From: Anaeramoeba ignava BMAN
Taxonomy: Eukaryota > Protista > Anaeramoebae
DNA: 64,000 nt
Reading direction: 5' to 3'
Assembly (NCBI GenBank): GCA_028826165.1
Contig: JAPDFW010000108.1
Coordinates: 62,001 to 126,000, forward strand
Each line of letters opens with the position of its first letter. The stretch's first letter is position 1. The position numbers and the translations under genes were made by a program. The notes beneath the pieces were generated by a model. That model was not told where the DNA came from and made no database searches. It saw only the letters and a list, made by a program, of their open reading frames with translations. Shown here piece by piece: positions 63,813 to 64,000 of this stretch.

Positions 63813-64000
63813 TTAGTTTCTTTTTTTTTTTTTTTTCTTTCAAAAACGATCAATAATAATTTTTCCAACAGATTTTTATTTAGATTTTAAAAAGATTTCT
63901 CAAAAGATTTTTCTTAAGATTTATAATTAGATTTATATTTAGATTTATATTTGATTTTTCAACAGATTTTTAATTAAATTTATAATTAAATTTATAATTA

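Overview
Very AT-rich, gene-dense eukaryotic DNA using the standard genetic code (TAA, TAG and TGA all seen as stops), with GT-AG spliceosomal introns. The gene content and style suggest an anaerobic protist, possibly Anaeramoeba-like; that is inference, not established. About 23 protein-coding genes can be assembled by hand: NT-C2/DIL protein, PH-RhoGAP-SH3, degenerate Has1-like DEAD-box protein, WDR7, a Piwi-clade Argonaute, an Afi1/MesA-like DENN-ARM protein, an ankyrin-BTB-BTB protein, DRAM/TMEM150, Pam16, Rrp8, FAF2-like UBX, G-alpha, a DUF5765-like membrane protein, SCAMP, TMF-like golgin, BROX, FlK-type thioesterase, Pumilio, BLOC1S2, a second DENN protein and an intronless GTP-PEPCK. 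Many introns are inflated to 0.5-2.8 kb by simple satellites, several gene pairs share tiny head-to-head promoters with a TCATTTT motif, and ~160-bp tandem arrays lie at 39.6-44 kb. The main finding is invisible in the ORF track. The ankyrin-BTB gene (minus strand, 26204-29487) has one ankyrin repeat per phase-0 exon and carries 21 (plus 1 weak) single-codon exons (AG|NNN|GT). They sit at the beta-hairpin tips between repeats. Two loops hold arrays of 6 and 10 such exons where canonical ankyrin spacing needs only about 2 residues. This suggests combinatorial splicing that diversifies the binding surface of a probable Cullin-3 substrate adaptor. All exon models were read by eye and need RNA-seq confirmation.
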